Shown here: piece by piece, positions 1-12,639 of the stretch
Position numbering within the stretch: the first letter of the stretch is position 1
How the letters are laid out: every line of letters begins with the position of its first letter
DNA from: Chiloscyllium plagiosum
Lineage: Eukaryota
Reading direction: 5' to 3'
DNA length: 64,000 nt
NCBI RefSeq assembly: GCF_004010195.1
Contig: NC_057718.1
Location: 46,435,236 to 46,499,235, forward strand
Notes under the pieces: generated by a model
What the model was told of the DNA's origin: nothing
The model's database searches: none
The model's input: the letters and a program-made list of their open reading frames with translations, nothing else
Program-made: the position numbers and the translations under genes

Positions 1-989
1 GTGTGTTTTTAGGGAGTTTGAGAAGAGTTTTGGTTTCCTAGCCCCGACCTCCAAATCAGAGTCGAGTTTCTCCAGCAAACTGTTTCAGATTTCCAGCAAG
101 TGCGGTCTTTGGCCTTTATTCCCCAAATAATAAAGGAAGTTTATCACTTGCAAACATTGCTACAAAGTATTTGTTCAGTGTTCCCACCAATGTTTTTATT
201 GTCGACTAACTCACCATCCTCTCAAGCATCACTTCAGTTCATATTTGTTTTTACAAGGTTATTTGTGTGTTCTGAGACTCTTTCCTCCTTATCCTCTGCT
301 TAACCCATTTCTAATGTTCTTTTATTATCCCAAAGGTTCCACATGTCTGTATTCAAACTAAAATGAAATTAAAACATCCTAAAATCTGTGAATTAGATTC
401 CACCTTTCTCATTCACACCTTAATTATAAATTGAAAATAATTGAAGCATTGAGGCCATTTTGCTTTTGGATGAATGTAGAGACGGGGACAATATGGAAAT
501 CAGCCACCCATGGCATCTCAAGTTAGCAGAAAATCAGAAATGACAAATAATAAGTGACTGATTCAACATTTTACACCATAACTCAAAGTCAAAATCACTC
601 TAGTTATTACATTCAAAATACTTAGAACAAGATAGTGACCATCTGACTAGCCATTGAACTTAAAGTGGTGTCAAATCCAAACCAAACACATGAAATCACA
701 ATCACTAATCTCTCAGGTAATCCTCTCCATGATTCCAGCTGAGAAAGATCCTGTCACACTCCCCTCGTGCACCTCTTCACCCAAAGCAAACTGCTTCCCA
801 ATCACCTGATGAGCAATTCTTGACCAAATGTTCCCAATAAATAATCTTATTTCCTATTCTTATCTATACACTGGTTTCTAATCCACTGCCATTTACCTGC
901 AATGCTGTAGTTCATTGAAAATATACTCAATTTCCCATGCAAAGCAATTCCCAAAATCAACCCCATCGCACCCAACAGATAACTTTAGA

Positions 990-1815
990 TTTTTTTTTTA
1001 TTCAGTCCTGAGACATGAGCGCCACTGGCTGGCCACTATTTATTGTATGTCCCCAGTTGCTCTTAAGGTAGTGGTTAGCTGCCTTGAACCACTACAGCCC
1101 ACGTGGTGTAGGTTGATCTAAAATGCCTTATGGAAGGAATTCCAATGACAGGGAGGGAACAGCGATATATTTCCAAGTCAAGATGGTGAGTGGCTTGAAG
1201 GGGAACTTGAAAGGGGTGGTGTTCATGTCATTCAGAATAATGGCATCATTAAGCACTAGAGGCTATTACTGTGGGTGAATTCACATGCGGCTTCAGACAG
1301 GAAATGAAACTAATTAATTATAGGATAAAACGCCCACACACTTAATTGGAAGTAAGCAACAGCAAAAGATATCAACTACTCTTGTCCTTCTAGATGGAAG
1401 TAATCATGGTTTTGGAAGTTGCTGAATAAGAATTTTTGGTGAATTTCTGCAGTACATCTTGCAGATAGTACACTCTGCTGCTACTGAGCATCGGCAGTGG
1501 AGGGAGTGGATGCTTATGGGTGTAGCGCCAATAAAGCAGACTGCTTTGTCCTGGATGGCATCAAGCTTCTTACATGTTGTTGGAGGCAAGTGGGGAGTAT
1601 TTCCTCACACACCTGACTTGTGCCTTGTAGATGATGGACAGACTTTGGGGAGTCAGAATGTGAGCTACTCGCCACAGTATTCCTAGCCTCTGACCTGCTC
1701 TTGCAGCCTCTGTGTTTATGCGGAAAGTCCAGTTGATTTCCTGGTCAACACAGTAACCGCCAGGATGTTGATAGAGTGGGATTCAGTGATGGGAACACCA
1801 GTGAATGTCAAATCT
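990..1815 (-). mobile_element. Decayed CR1/L2-clade LINE 3' part, interrupted at 1228-1374 by captured intron DNA
   Basis: ORF remnant KKLDAIQDKAVCFIG. Same family as the copies at ~48150-49030 and ~59905-60400. Confidence 0.75.
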
Positions 1816-2265
1816 GGCCATCTGCTTTTCTGGTGAAATTTGCATTGTTTGGGCCTAAGTGTACATAACGAATTGATCAAGTTTCTGGTCAGTGACAGAG
1901 ATCTCCATTAGCTCCTGAAAATGATTCATGAAAAATGAGTGTTCTGATCTTTTGTTTCCTTGACTTACCTGTAACTTAATTTTAAGTACAAATACAGTTT
2001 TATTCCTCCAAATGCAAATCCTTTTCAGAGAACCTGAGAGTACTCAAAGTTTTCTTCAAATTCTAAAATCACAACTTAATACAAAATTTACATAAGAAGC
2101 AAATGGTTTGGGGGAAATAATACATTCTAACCATGTCACAGTTTTAATTGCAAAGAAATGTTTTGCATACCAATGAACTGCACACATAAAGAAAGGTATG
2201 TGGGCTGCATAATAGACAGAAGAGAAGGCTTACAGAGTACTTTATATGCAACTAAGTGTTCTAAC

Positions 2266-2355
2266 CTGGGGCGCAGTACATTTTCTCTATGGCACTGCTG
2301 TCACAGGAATCGTCTACCTCACTCCATCTGCTAAAATACGTCAGTTGAATGTGTC
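2266..2355 (-). CDS. RPS6KC1: RPS6KC1 exon: (G)HIQLTYFSRWSEVDDSCDSSAIEKMYCAP(E)
   Basis: Acceptor ttttgtttttAG, donor CCAG|GTTAGA; 90 nt, phase 1 to 1. TYF sits in place of DFG, followed by the YCAPE motif. Confidence 0.95.
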
Positions 2356-2643
2356 CTAAAAACAAAATGACATGAGAAATCAAAACAATTTTTTCCTACA
2401 TTTTCTGTAGAAGTGAACTGTAATTATTCTTTTGTAGCTAAAAAACAGTATCATTAAGAATAATGGCATCATTAAGCACTAGAGGCTATTACTGTGGGTG
2501 AATTCACTGCACTGGAAATGCGGCTTCAGACAGGAAATGAAGATATTAATTATAGGATAAAACGCCCACACACTTAATTGGAAGCAAGTAAGCAACAGCA
2601 AAAGATATCAGGAAAAAAAAATGCATTTGCTAAAGTTCCTGAC

Positions 2644-4377
2644 CTTTGTCATTCAGCAAGATGTTGTTTGGGTTCAAATCATGGCATATGATTCCTTCTT
2701 GATGAAGTGCATCGAGGGCTACAGCTATCTCTGCTGCCCAACGCTGAATGGAGCTCTCTGGAATATGAGCATTGGAAGCTTGCACAAAACTTTCTTCCAG
2801 CTCTTTAAACAAATGTGAGACTAACTTGTCTCCATCTGTTTTTGTGGCAGTGTGGCTTTCTCCCACTGCCTTTTCACTTGTGCCTTCAGAATGTGGAACA
2901 CTGTCTTGGTCTCCGCCTTTGTAGATTTGCTCCTCTTGTGAAATACCTTTTTCTTTTGTATGTTTTTCTTGCATAGTTAGGGAAACCTTCTTGTGACCAG
3001 AATAAATTGAACTCTCTTCACCTAAATCTCTAACGCAAGGGCTGACATAGCCATGTAGTTGAGGAATATGGCTCAGATCCCTATGAACAGTTGCCAAGTC
3101 TGAGGTGTCACCAGATGCAACAGTCCGACATGAAGGCATATTTTCAGCATGGGTAATGGCAAACAAGGAATTAAGTTCTTTTTCCTCAACACACAGGCTG
3201 GCATTGATTTGCATGCACGGGCTTTCTTCCTCTCTATTCTGAGGAGGTTGTAATTGTTGTGATGAGGTACGTTCTACACTTGCATCATAAGAGCCAGCTT
3301 CTTTTGGTAAAATTTGTCCCTGTGTTCCTTGTGAATTCACACAATCATCAATATTAAAATTAATTTGTAAAACGTCCGGCTTTTCATAGAGTCTATTCTC
3401 TGTATTATCAATGTTGGTCACACTGCATTTATCTGAAGAAAGAAATCCAACTTCCTCACCTTCCTCGAAAGAACCTGGTAAGTTCACTAATAGATCAGGC
3501 CTACCCTCCTCACAACTGCTGGTCTCTCCATCTGCTGCATCTTGAAAGGAGATGATTGGTACAGAATCACTGGAGGATCCTCTGCTGCAGGTCTCTGGGG
3601 CTAAAAGACTAGCTGAATCCAGTTTAGATTCAATCATATCAAAACTGCTCTTATCATCAACAACTTCAGGCACCAGATGCAAAATTGGCATTGATTCTGT
3701 TTTTCCATTTTGGAAATTTTCTGCTAGGTCCAGGCTTAGAAGTTCATTTGCACTATCTTTGCTATCGATTCTGAAAAATTCCATTGGGCTATTTTTGGAC
3801 AGATTTAGAGACTCGGAGGTTTTCGTTGGGCTAAAGTCATCAGTGTTGATGTCCTCTGTGAAGAACCGAAGCTCTTGGCTTGTAGTAGGAGAACAAAGAC
3901 TATCATTACTAAGAAGGGAATGTGACCTTGGGGTCACACCCATGTTCGTGGGTACATTTTCACTAATTGTCGAAAAGGTTTCAGAAGTTAGACTGTCAGG
4001 TTCTTCTTTCTCCTGTTCATATTCATGGCACAAAGTAAGATAGCTACTGGTACATTCTTCAACGACTTCAGAGTCTGATGATGGCAATCCCAATAATTCA
4101 GTAGAATTGTCCTTTGTATCTTCATCCGGGGCACTGCTATCATCCTGTGAGCTTGACGTCAGGTTACTCTTCCAAGGGAGGCTCTGCAGCATATTTCCAA
4201 GGTCACTCCCCAATGAGCCCACACTGCTGCTCATGCCTTCAGTGCTTGACTGGTCGCCAGTGAAAATATTATGTACAGTGACTGATTTGGGGCCATGTCT
4301 GTCCACGTCACAAGATTCAAAACTTTCCTCTGATTTTTTCTGGAGGAATTTACTTAGATACGACCACAGCTTCCCTC
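2644..4377 (-). CDS. RPS6KC1: RPS6KC1 large exon (1734 nt): GGKLWSYLSKFL..., long Ser/acidic insert, ...IQRWAAEIAVALDALHQEGIICHDLNPNNILLNDK(G)
   Basis: ORF 2630..4387. Acceptor gaattTAG|GA, donor AAAG|GTCAGG; phase 1 to 1. Contains MEFFRIDSKDSA, SDSVPIISF, RPDLLVNLPG and the degenerate catalytic loop typical of RPS6KC1. Confidence 0.96.
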
Positions 4378-6892
4378 CTAAATTCACACATACAAAAAAA
4401 AATTAGTAAAAATGTTTTAAGAAATACTTCAGACAACTTATTTAATAGGTTTCTTTTTGATTCACTAAGCTTCAATGAGTAAGCTACCAACTTATTCATA
4501 CCATTAAACAAAATATAAATTTAATCCCGCATTAATGATCTTAAACATATCATGTGGAATAATCTAGGCTGTAACAGTCATAATGTTTACCACTGGAGAG
4601 AAGGCCAGTTCACAGGCCTTCTGAATCAAATCATTTACAAGTAGTATGCTGGGAAATCCTGCAGCTGCACACATAATTGTACATTTTAGTGGATTAGGGT
4701 GATAAGTTCTTCTCTTGCTGGACTTTTATCAACTTTCTCAACAAAGGGACAACATCACAAGTAACGTTTAACATATAATTTTGGATAAACCTAATTCTGT
4801 CAAGATACAATCTGAATATTTCAATAATTACCATTGAAATGTTTTTGCAATAATGCACAAGGATCTTAGAATGGACAGGTGCCACTTGGCCCATCGGTGT
4901 CTGTGCTGGCCACCTGAAGAAGCAATTCATGAGGTGACACCATGCCCACCCAACTCTCCTTTCCATAGTAGCCAGCAAATTTAATTCTTTTAGAGGATGT
5001 GTTGTGTCCACTACAATCTATTGAAGGAGATTCTCAGTAACATTTCAAAGAATCCACGATGTATCTTTATGCAAATTTAAATCATTTATATATGAAATAC
5101 AAGTGCAAGCAATCTGCTTACTTTAATTCTGTTAATGTATCTAAAATATTTTGTTCTATAAAGCCTATTATTATCTGCTTCGCGAAGGTACTAAAATCAT
5201 ATGAGCATCTGCACAAGTAGTGGCAGCCCACATGAACGTCTAGGGGCTATTATCATGTTCAATTGATTGTGTTTACTGTGCCAGATTGGAATGCAGGTAC
5301 AAACTGGCAGCCTTTACTTAATACTCCTCTAAGTGCTTGAATTGTAATGATTTAATTACTACTTTAAACCCAAGTGTGCATCACAGTTTCCAGCATATCA
5401 AACAGCGCCTTTATTACAAGGTTTTGCTAAAACTAAAAGATGTCATTCCAAATGTCCAGGTCCTCATGAGCAGAGTGCTTATAATATTTGGTAGTTTTAT
5501 CACAGGAGACACCAGTTTCCATTTTTTTTAAGCTTTCAGTTATTCCTTCGAAGCCTGTCTCTTCATTCCTCTTGAAGAGCAGCTTGTATGAGGCAAGACA
5601 AACATTTTACTGCAGATCATTCAAGATCTCCTCCGCCAGACAATAACTAAAGAAAATGGACTGGATTCTATTGGAAAAGTAATAGCTTATTAATGATGCC
5701 CACCATTATTAACGCACAAATCAACTGATGGACTCAGGGGATTAAGAGGTACAGCAAATCTCCAGAATTTGCTAATTAATTACATCACTCCACTGTTTGC
5801 TTTACACAAACAGTATCTTACAAATTTAAAAAAAGGATATCGAGTGTAAGATTTGCAAATTAAATACTTACAGAATTTGCTACAGAAAGTGAAGTCTAAC
5901 AATTAAGAATAAGCATCTATTTAACAAGTGGTCGTTATTAATGTAACCAATCAACCTCTGGCTCAAAATCTGAACAATTTAAATATTCAAGTATCAGTTC
6001 TTCAGGCAGCAAATTGTTCAGTATTTTAGAATGGCTTTTTTAAAAAAATATTTCCTTACTCCTCTTCTCTCTGTCTCCTTTCTCTTTACCTTAATCAAAT
6101 CTGTTTCCGACCTCTTTATTTCTCTTCCTGTACCCAAGTTGATTCTAATTTGCTGTCCTTCTCCAACGTATCCTTTTCAGTCTTTCAATCAAAATTAGAT
6201 TTTGGATTGGATCCATTGTCAATCCTGCCAATCAATGAGGTCTTGGCTGACTCCCTTACCTTTGTCACTCCATTATCAACTCGCACTTGCAACGAGTTAC
6301 TTTGCACAACATTTTTAAACTGCAAGATTCTGAAAAAAAGGATTTGTAATGAACAGGGTCACCTTGAGTAGGCCTACTCCAGCAAATTGCAGGCTCCAAA
6401 TGCTCCGTTATACAAGCTAATGCTATCGCTAACACTAACATTAATCTCCCTCCAGTACAGAGAGGATGTTACCATGAATTGTGTTGTCTAACACATTTGA
6501 ACGCAACAGACTAGAAAAGTAACATTCAGCTCTGGAGTATTTTAGTAATTGAACGTTGAATGAGAGTAGAATTCGAATCTGCATTTTGTGAATGGTGTTT
6601 TGTTACTCTACCAACAGAGTTGCAAATTGTTGAACTCACAGTTTTATTGAGTAATATGGCCAGAGAATGAGAAATAGCACTGCAGAAACATCTTGTAGAC
6701 ACTTCTGTCAAGTGGATATTGATCAATATACTTCGGTATTTGAGGACATCTACATAACCTAAAAATCAGATCATTAATTGCAAAGCAATAAAGTTTACTT
6801 TCCACTTCTGTTTCACATACTGGATGTAATAGAATTTCAGGAAAAGTGCTTTTGGAGGTCACTAAGTTTGCAAAAGTTGTTAAAATTATTGC

Positions 6893-7099
6893 TGAAAATA
6901 TGTTGCTGGAAAAGCGCAGCAGGTCAGGCAGCATCCAAGGAACAGGAGAATCGACGTTTCGGGCATAAGCCCTTCTTCAGGAAGCGCTTATGCCCGAAAC
7001 GTCGATTCTCCTGTTCCTTGGATGCTGCCTGACCTGCTGCGCTTTTCCAGCAACACATTTTCAGCTCTGATCTCCAGCATCTGCAGCCCTCACTTTCTC
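6893..7099. mobile_element. Penelope-derived fold-back element (family A), 80-bp inverted arms, 16-bp TSD
   Basis: Arms 6891-6970 and 6986-7065 with 1 mismatch. TSD TTGTTAAAATTATTGC at 6877-6892 and 7100-7115. Arm sequence matches the termini of the GIY-YIG-bearing copies at 9125 and 58260. Confidence 0.85.
6950..6982 (-). ncRNA. Minimal type-I hammerhead ribozyme motif (PLE family A)
   Basis: Minus strand reads CUGAAGA-A-GGGC-uuau-GCCC-GAAA-CG-UC. Core and stem II are intact, helix III is the palindrome ACGU, stem I is weak. Confidence 0.65.
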
Positions 7100-7383
7100 T
7101 TGTTAAAATTATTGCATATATTTAAGAAAAGATTCGAAACAGACCTTTCTAGGCCATCTGCAAACCTGCTGCAAGGGACAGAATTTAGACCAGCTAGATT
7201 CTACTTAGCATTTTAATCGTACACAGATATTTATAAATGACAAAAGATTTAATGAGCCTTCGGTGTTAAAAGTTCATTGGAACAACTAATAAATGTGTGT
7301 CTATGCATTTGGAGATGGTATGCTTATGTTAATAAGGTAGTATTTAAGCAGATTATGTGAACTCCCCAAGGTGGCTCATTCAT

Positions 7384-7531
7384 CCTCAGGACCTAGTCAA
7401 CTCCCTCAGCTGTTCCCTCAGGGCCTATTCAACTCCCTCACAGTCTACTCAACTCCTTCAGCCGTTCCCTCAGGGCCTACTCAACTCCCTCAGCCGTTTC
7501 CTCAGGACCTACTCAACTGCCTCACCTGTTC
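7384..7531. repeat. Degenerate ~32-bp minisatellite, about 5 units (CCTCAGGGCCTACTCAACTCCCTCAGCCGTTC)
   Basis: Repeated units are directly visible. Confidence 0.85.
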
Positions 7532-8294
7532 CCTCTTCTTACATCTTCGGCCTTTTAGAATCGGAGCATGATCTCACTTGATCACAATTCACTGGTCACT
7601 CAGTCTTCTCTTATACCTTGCAAAATTGGGTTTTCTACTTAATAATAAAGGCAAGATGGCAATAGATAGATTAGATCGTGTCCTTGCAGATGTGCAGCAC
7701 AACACTTCCAATTTTAAAGATAAAATCCTTTTTCATGAGTTTGTGTTCCTCTTTGCCAAACAAGCAAAACCGCAAGAATTAGGCAACTTAAAACTCCGTC
7801 ATGCACTTAAAGTGGCAGTTCTTGCTACCCAAACCTCTGCTAGAATTTCATGTGTGGACACAAGTAAAGGCAGGGGAACACTTTGTCCCTGCCTCCAACA
7901 CCCTCCACCCACCCTGTTACCTCTCTCTCTCACTTATATTTGGCCTCAGGGCCCTTATTGATTCTGGGGCCCTGCTGGGTGATTTGACAGCATCTGCCGC
8001 TGCTCCTGACGATATTGCCTGCACTGCAGACCTAGCAGCTTCTAACTGGCCAGCACTTCACAGTTTGGCCCCAGGGTCCTTAAACTCAGGGAAGACCCAT
8101 ACGTGGGCATTTAACTGGTTGGACCCACCTCACAAGAGACAGTGCGTGACTCCTGCCAGCTCTCCAGCCAGCAGGGTAAGATCCCTTTGCAAGCATTCAA
8201 TTCTATCCAATGCCTTTGGGAGGAAACAGAATACAAAAGACTGACAAAAATAAACAGAATTTACTCTTCTGAAAACAGCCTCGATGTATTTCCA

Positions 8295-8665
8295 GTAGAG
8301 TCCCTACAGTGTGGAAACAGGCCCTTCAGCCCAACAAATCCACACTGAACCACAGAAAAGTATCCCACCCAAACCCATTCCCCATTACTCTACATTTGCC
8401 CCTGATTAAAGCACCTAATCTTCACATCCCTGGACACTATCAGCAATTTAGCATGGCCAATTTACCTAACCTGCATATCTTTGGATTGTGGGAAGAAACC
8501 AGAGCACCTGGAGGAAACCCATGCAGACACAGGACAAACTCCCAGTTAGATGGATTAGTCAGAGGGAAACGGTCTGGGTGGGTTACTCTTCGGAGGATTG
8601 GTGAGGAGTTGGTGGGCCAAAGGGCCTGTTTCCACACTGTAGGGGATCTAATCTAATCTAATCTA
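8295..8665. mobile_element. HE1-like SINE 3' half (minus) fused to an inverted SINE tail (plus) ending in (CTAAT)n
   Basis: CCCTACAGTGTGGAAACAGGCCCT at the left end and its reverse complement near 8620-8644. Homologous to the SINEs at 44705 and 45170. Confidence 0.75.
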
Positions 8666-9124
8666 CTATATTATACAGTTCCAATTATAATGTGCACTAC
8701 CTGAGCAACGTACGTGCATTTTGACTTCCTTTCCAATATGCAAAAACAGGATGGGGAAGGAGGTTAAGTTATAGAAAAGGTCCGATCTTATCAGGAATAC
8801 CCCATTGACCATGTGTAAGGTGACAAATGTCTTGTACTTTGGTTGTGAAGGCTAAAATAAATGTTACCATGATGGACTACTCCCTATTAATTTATCCTGG
8901 TTGTGAGCGATATCAGTCTGCAGGATTCCCATAACTGGCTTACTGATTTTTCCCACAAGGGCAATCAAGTGAAGACCTCCTTACAGGGAGTATCCTTCTA
9001 TCAACATCCTCCAGGTCACCACTAACCAGAAGCTGAACTGGATGTGCCATATAAATGCTGTGGTTGTGATGATAGGTCAGAGGCTCAGACTACTGCAGCA
9101 AGCAGCTCACCTGCTGACTCCCCA

Positions 9125-9943
9125 CAGGAGAAAGTGAGGACTGCAGATGCTGGAGATAAGAGTCAAGAGTGTGGTGCTGGAAAAGCAAGCAGGTCATGCA
9201 GCATCCGAGGAGCAGGAGAATCAACGTTTTGGGCAGGAGCCCTTCATCAGCAATGAGGATGGGAAGATGGACAGTTCATAGAGAGTGTACTGAGCTGGAA
9301 TGTTGAAATTGGGGTAAGGTGTGGAGAGGGGAAATGAGGAAACTGTGAAGTCCACATTGATGCCAGAGTCCAGAGGTAGAAGATGAGGCATTCTTCCTCC
9401 AGGCGTTGAGTGGTGAGGGAGTGGTGATGGAGGAGGCCCAGGACCTGCATGTCCTCAGCAGAGTTGGAGGGGAAGTTGAAATGTTCGGCCATGGGGTGGT
9501 GGGTTGATTGGTCCTGGGCCGCCTCCATCGCCACTCCCTCACCACCCAACGGTTGGAGGAAGAACACCTCATCTTCCGCCTCAGGACCCTTCAACCCCAA
9601 GGCATCAACGTGGAATTCCCCAGTTGCCTCATTTCCACACCTCCACCTTACCCCAGTTCCAACCTTGCAGCTCAGCAATGTCCCTATGACCTGTCCATCT
9701 TCCTTTATATCTATCCGTTCCACCCCCCTCTCCGACCTATCACCTTAATTCCCACCTCCATTCACCTACTGCACCCTCAGCTACCTTCTCCCCAGACCCA
9801 CCCTCCTCCCATTTATCTCTCCACCTCCCCCCCCCAAGGCTCCCAGCCTCATTCCTGATGAACGGCTCCTGCCCGGAACGTCGATTTTCCTGCTCCTCGG
9901 TTGCTGCATAACCTGCTGTGTTTTTCCAGCACCACACTCTCGA
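9125..9943. mobile_element. Penelope-like element (family A) 3' end: GIY-YIG C-terminus in inverted arrangement, 14-bp TSD
   Basis: Translations HPMAEHFNFPSNSAEDMQVLGLLH..RLEEECLIF (minus) and RLEEEHLIFRLRTLQPQGINVEF (plus). TSD CTGCTGACTCCCCA at 9111-9124 and 9944-9957. Both hammerhead cores are mutated at GAAA. Confidence 0.85.
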
Positions 9944-10009
9944 CTGCTGACTCCCCAGCGCCCTTCCACCATCTATAAAGCACTCGTGTAAAAAGGAAAC
10001 TGCAGCAGA

Positions 10010-10245
10010 TAACATGCAAACACCACTTCCTGCAAGCCGATCACCTTTCTGACTCGGAAATATATCGCCATTCCTTCACGGTCACTGGGTCAAAACCCTA
10101 TAGCGCCCTCCTGAACGACATTGTGGTGTCATGCTTCAAGATGGCAGCTCACCTTCAGATTCCCAACAGCATCTAGGGATGAGCAATTAATGCTGGTCCA
10201 GTCCAGTCAGCAATACCCACATGCCATGAATAACGAAATAAAAAC
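10010..10245 (+). mobile_element. CR1/L2-clade LINE 3' end fragment
   Basis: Reverse complement of the 3' tail seen at ~990-1200 and ~48150-48400. Confidence 0.6.
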
Positions 10246-11432
10246 TGTGACACAACAATCTGGCAAACTCTCAAGGAGCATGGAGACTTCAGTTCAGTTT
10301 TCCAACTTTATCAAATCTGGGGAAAATTTTGTTCTTTTGTCAGCATGTTTGAATAAAGAATGTGTTTACTTGTGTGAAGTAAATGGCATTTTGACTGGGC
10401 TGCATTTTTGTTTGAGAGTTTGGATTTTGGCATCATTGAGAGTTTAAATGAAGGGGAAATTATATTTTCATCAACTTATTTCGTTATTAAAACAGTTGCC
10501 TCAATAGTGCCCGAAGTGAAGATGCAGCAAAATGTTTGGTAATGCTAGAAGACAAAGACAAATGCAATATCATTACAAATTCTTTTATGCTTTTTTTTTA
10601 AAAAAAAACATTCTTGGAGCAACTGAGTACATCAACACAGGTGAAAGAGAATTCAAATAGCCTTAAAGCAAAATATTCCAATTTGAGGTTAATCTGATGA
10701 AATTCTACTGCGTTCTAACTAGTCGATGGCTAGTGGCTGCATCAACAAATAGAGAAGCATGCTTTGCTCACAGGTGAACACGATCTTCAAAAAAAAACTC
10801 TTTGATCAAAATATATTTTTAAAGATCAACAATTTTAAATGGTCACTGGAATTCTGTGAGCAATGCGATCATTTTGTCCTATTGGCAGGAAACCTTTTAC
10901 CTACCTTTGAATCAAGAGTTATTGAATAACTGAGTATAGGATAGGACAGGAAGGCCCCTCCGCCCCACCCACCCGTGTGTGTTTTCCTTCATTTTGTCAG
11001 CTGATCCTGAAACCAACTCCATTTAATTGCTTGTGCTACACATCCCTCAATGCCCTTAACTAATAAAAATTGATCAGTCTTCAAAATTCTCATTGATTTT
11101 GTACATGCAACATCTGTGGAGCAGATTGATCAAACTGCATATATTTTAAAATCTATTTACTTGCCAGTGTGTGCAACTACACAGCACCAACAGAACAGAA
11201 GGAGGTCTAAGGCACAATACTGGTGCTGCCTCAGACTGTGTTCTTCAGGCAAACCCAGGTACTGCCAAAAGCAATATGTTGGTGATACATGTTGTAACAA
11301 TTAGATAGTAATGTGGTTTCTTCCACATAAAACACTTGGGTTTTTTTTTTATTCTGGAAGGAATTTACTAAACTGGATGACAAATTAAAGTGAGTTTATA
11401 AATCAACTTAAATTGACAAGACCAACACATAC

Positions 11433-11565
11433 CTTCTGCATACTGAAGCAAAAGAAAGATGGAGTCTTCAGAGATGATCTGTTTCTTCAAATGCACCATG
11501 TTGGGCACACAGTGGGGAATGATGGTCTTTCTGTTTCTGCTGCACTCGCTGCTTTTCCTCAGACT
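11433..11565 (-). CDS. RPS6KC1: RPS6KC1 exon: SLRKSSECSRNRKTIIPHCVPNMVHLKKQIISEDSIFLLLQYAE(G)
   Basis: Acceptor ttctctgtCAG, donor GAAG|GTATGT; 133 nt, phase 0 to 1. Lies inside ORF 11368..11628. Confidence 0.95.
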
Positions 11566-12639
11566 CTGACAGAGAATAGAAAGGTCAGTTGTACTCTCTG
11601 CTGCTTTAGAACATGCTGCGCGCTGCACTTATCAAATACACTAATCTGTTTGTGTTATTCTGTGCTTCAGAAAGCCAGTTAGTCCTCTTCATCTCCTCCT
11701 CGGTGCCCCGAGCTCCCCAAGGCCTAACTGATGGCACTTGGCTGCTATCCAGCACACAGAGGATGGCACTGAGCTGCCATTAAAATCAATTACATGGGTC
11801 AACGTTTTTATTAGGCTCTCTCTCACTCTTAACTAAGTCATCAGAACAATACTTTGGTTATTTTCCTCACAGAACCAAATACAACAGAATTTTAGATTTT
11901 TAAAACAAAAACTACACAAGCTAATCAAAGGTTAGTGTCAATTTTCAGGCTGTAGATTGTGGGAGCATGTTGAGTTTTGTGAAATTTATGCTGCATTAAT
12001 ACACTGAAGTACTGATGATTATCTTTGTACTTAAAAGGTTATTCAATTAGAAGAGAGTATAGCAGCAAGATCACAGCCTAATTATCAGGGTGTCTGAGGC
12101 AGCCTGATAACTGAGTTTGAGTTGGCTAAGTGAGAACAAAGAATGGACAGCAGTGGACAACGCTGCAGGATGGGGAAACCTGGGCTCACATTTTCAAGCT
12201 TATTTCAGAACAGGGGCAGGGATTAAAAAATAAAGGTAGACAGGGATTCTTGATACCTGCAATCTTTGCTGGCAAAGGATTATGGTACTGCTAGCAATCT
12301 CCACTCTACAGCACCCATCAATCTGGCTCCATTGCAGGACAAGCACCTCCCAGTCCCTCACAATTTTGTGGAGTTGAGGCAGCTTCACCGTGACATATTT
12401 ATGGATCTCAGAATACTCATGAACCATAGTCTGGATTCAAGAATCTTTTGAAGGCAAGTTCAAAATGTCTTACCCATTCCTTCTTCGTGCCACCATGTGC
12501 CCCACCCATCTTCAATGGACTCCATACCCTTCATGGCAACTCCACTTCTTTCCACATTATGGACAGAACCAGTGAAGCGATCAGTAACCATAGCATTTAC
12601 AAAGTTGCTTAGAAAAAAGACAAGCATGCATAATGGAGG

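Noticed and set aside
1..2265. Next RPS6KC1 exon (expected ..CDWWSLG..)
   Set aside because: Not found. It presumably lies beyond position 1.
3552..4406. Plus-strand ORFs of 163 aa and 99 aa
   Set aside because: Antisense shadows of the large RPS6KC1 exon.
6644..7216. Recurring peptides such as MLPDLLRFSSN, MLEKLSR and CGAGKAQQ in many short ORFs
   Set aside because: Translations of the non-coding Penelope arms, not a gene family.
7384..7531. ~32-bp repeats resembling a CRISPR array
   Set aside because: Contiguous degenerate tandem units without unique spacers, in a vertebrate intron.
9220..9252. Hammerhead motifs in the 9125, 20445, 36077, 42383, 43946 and 52582 elements
   Set aside because: Core nucleotides are mutated or deleted, so they are not listed as ribozymes.
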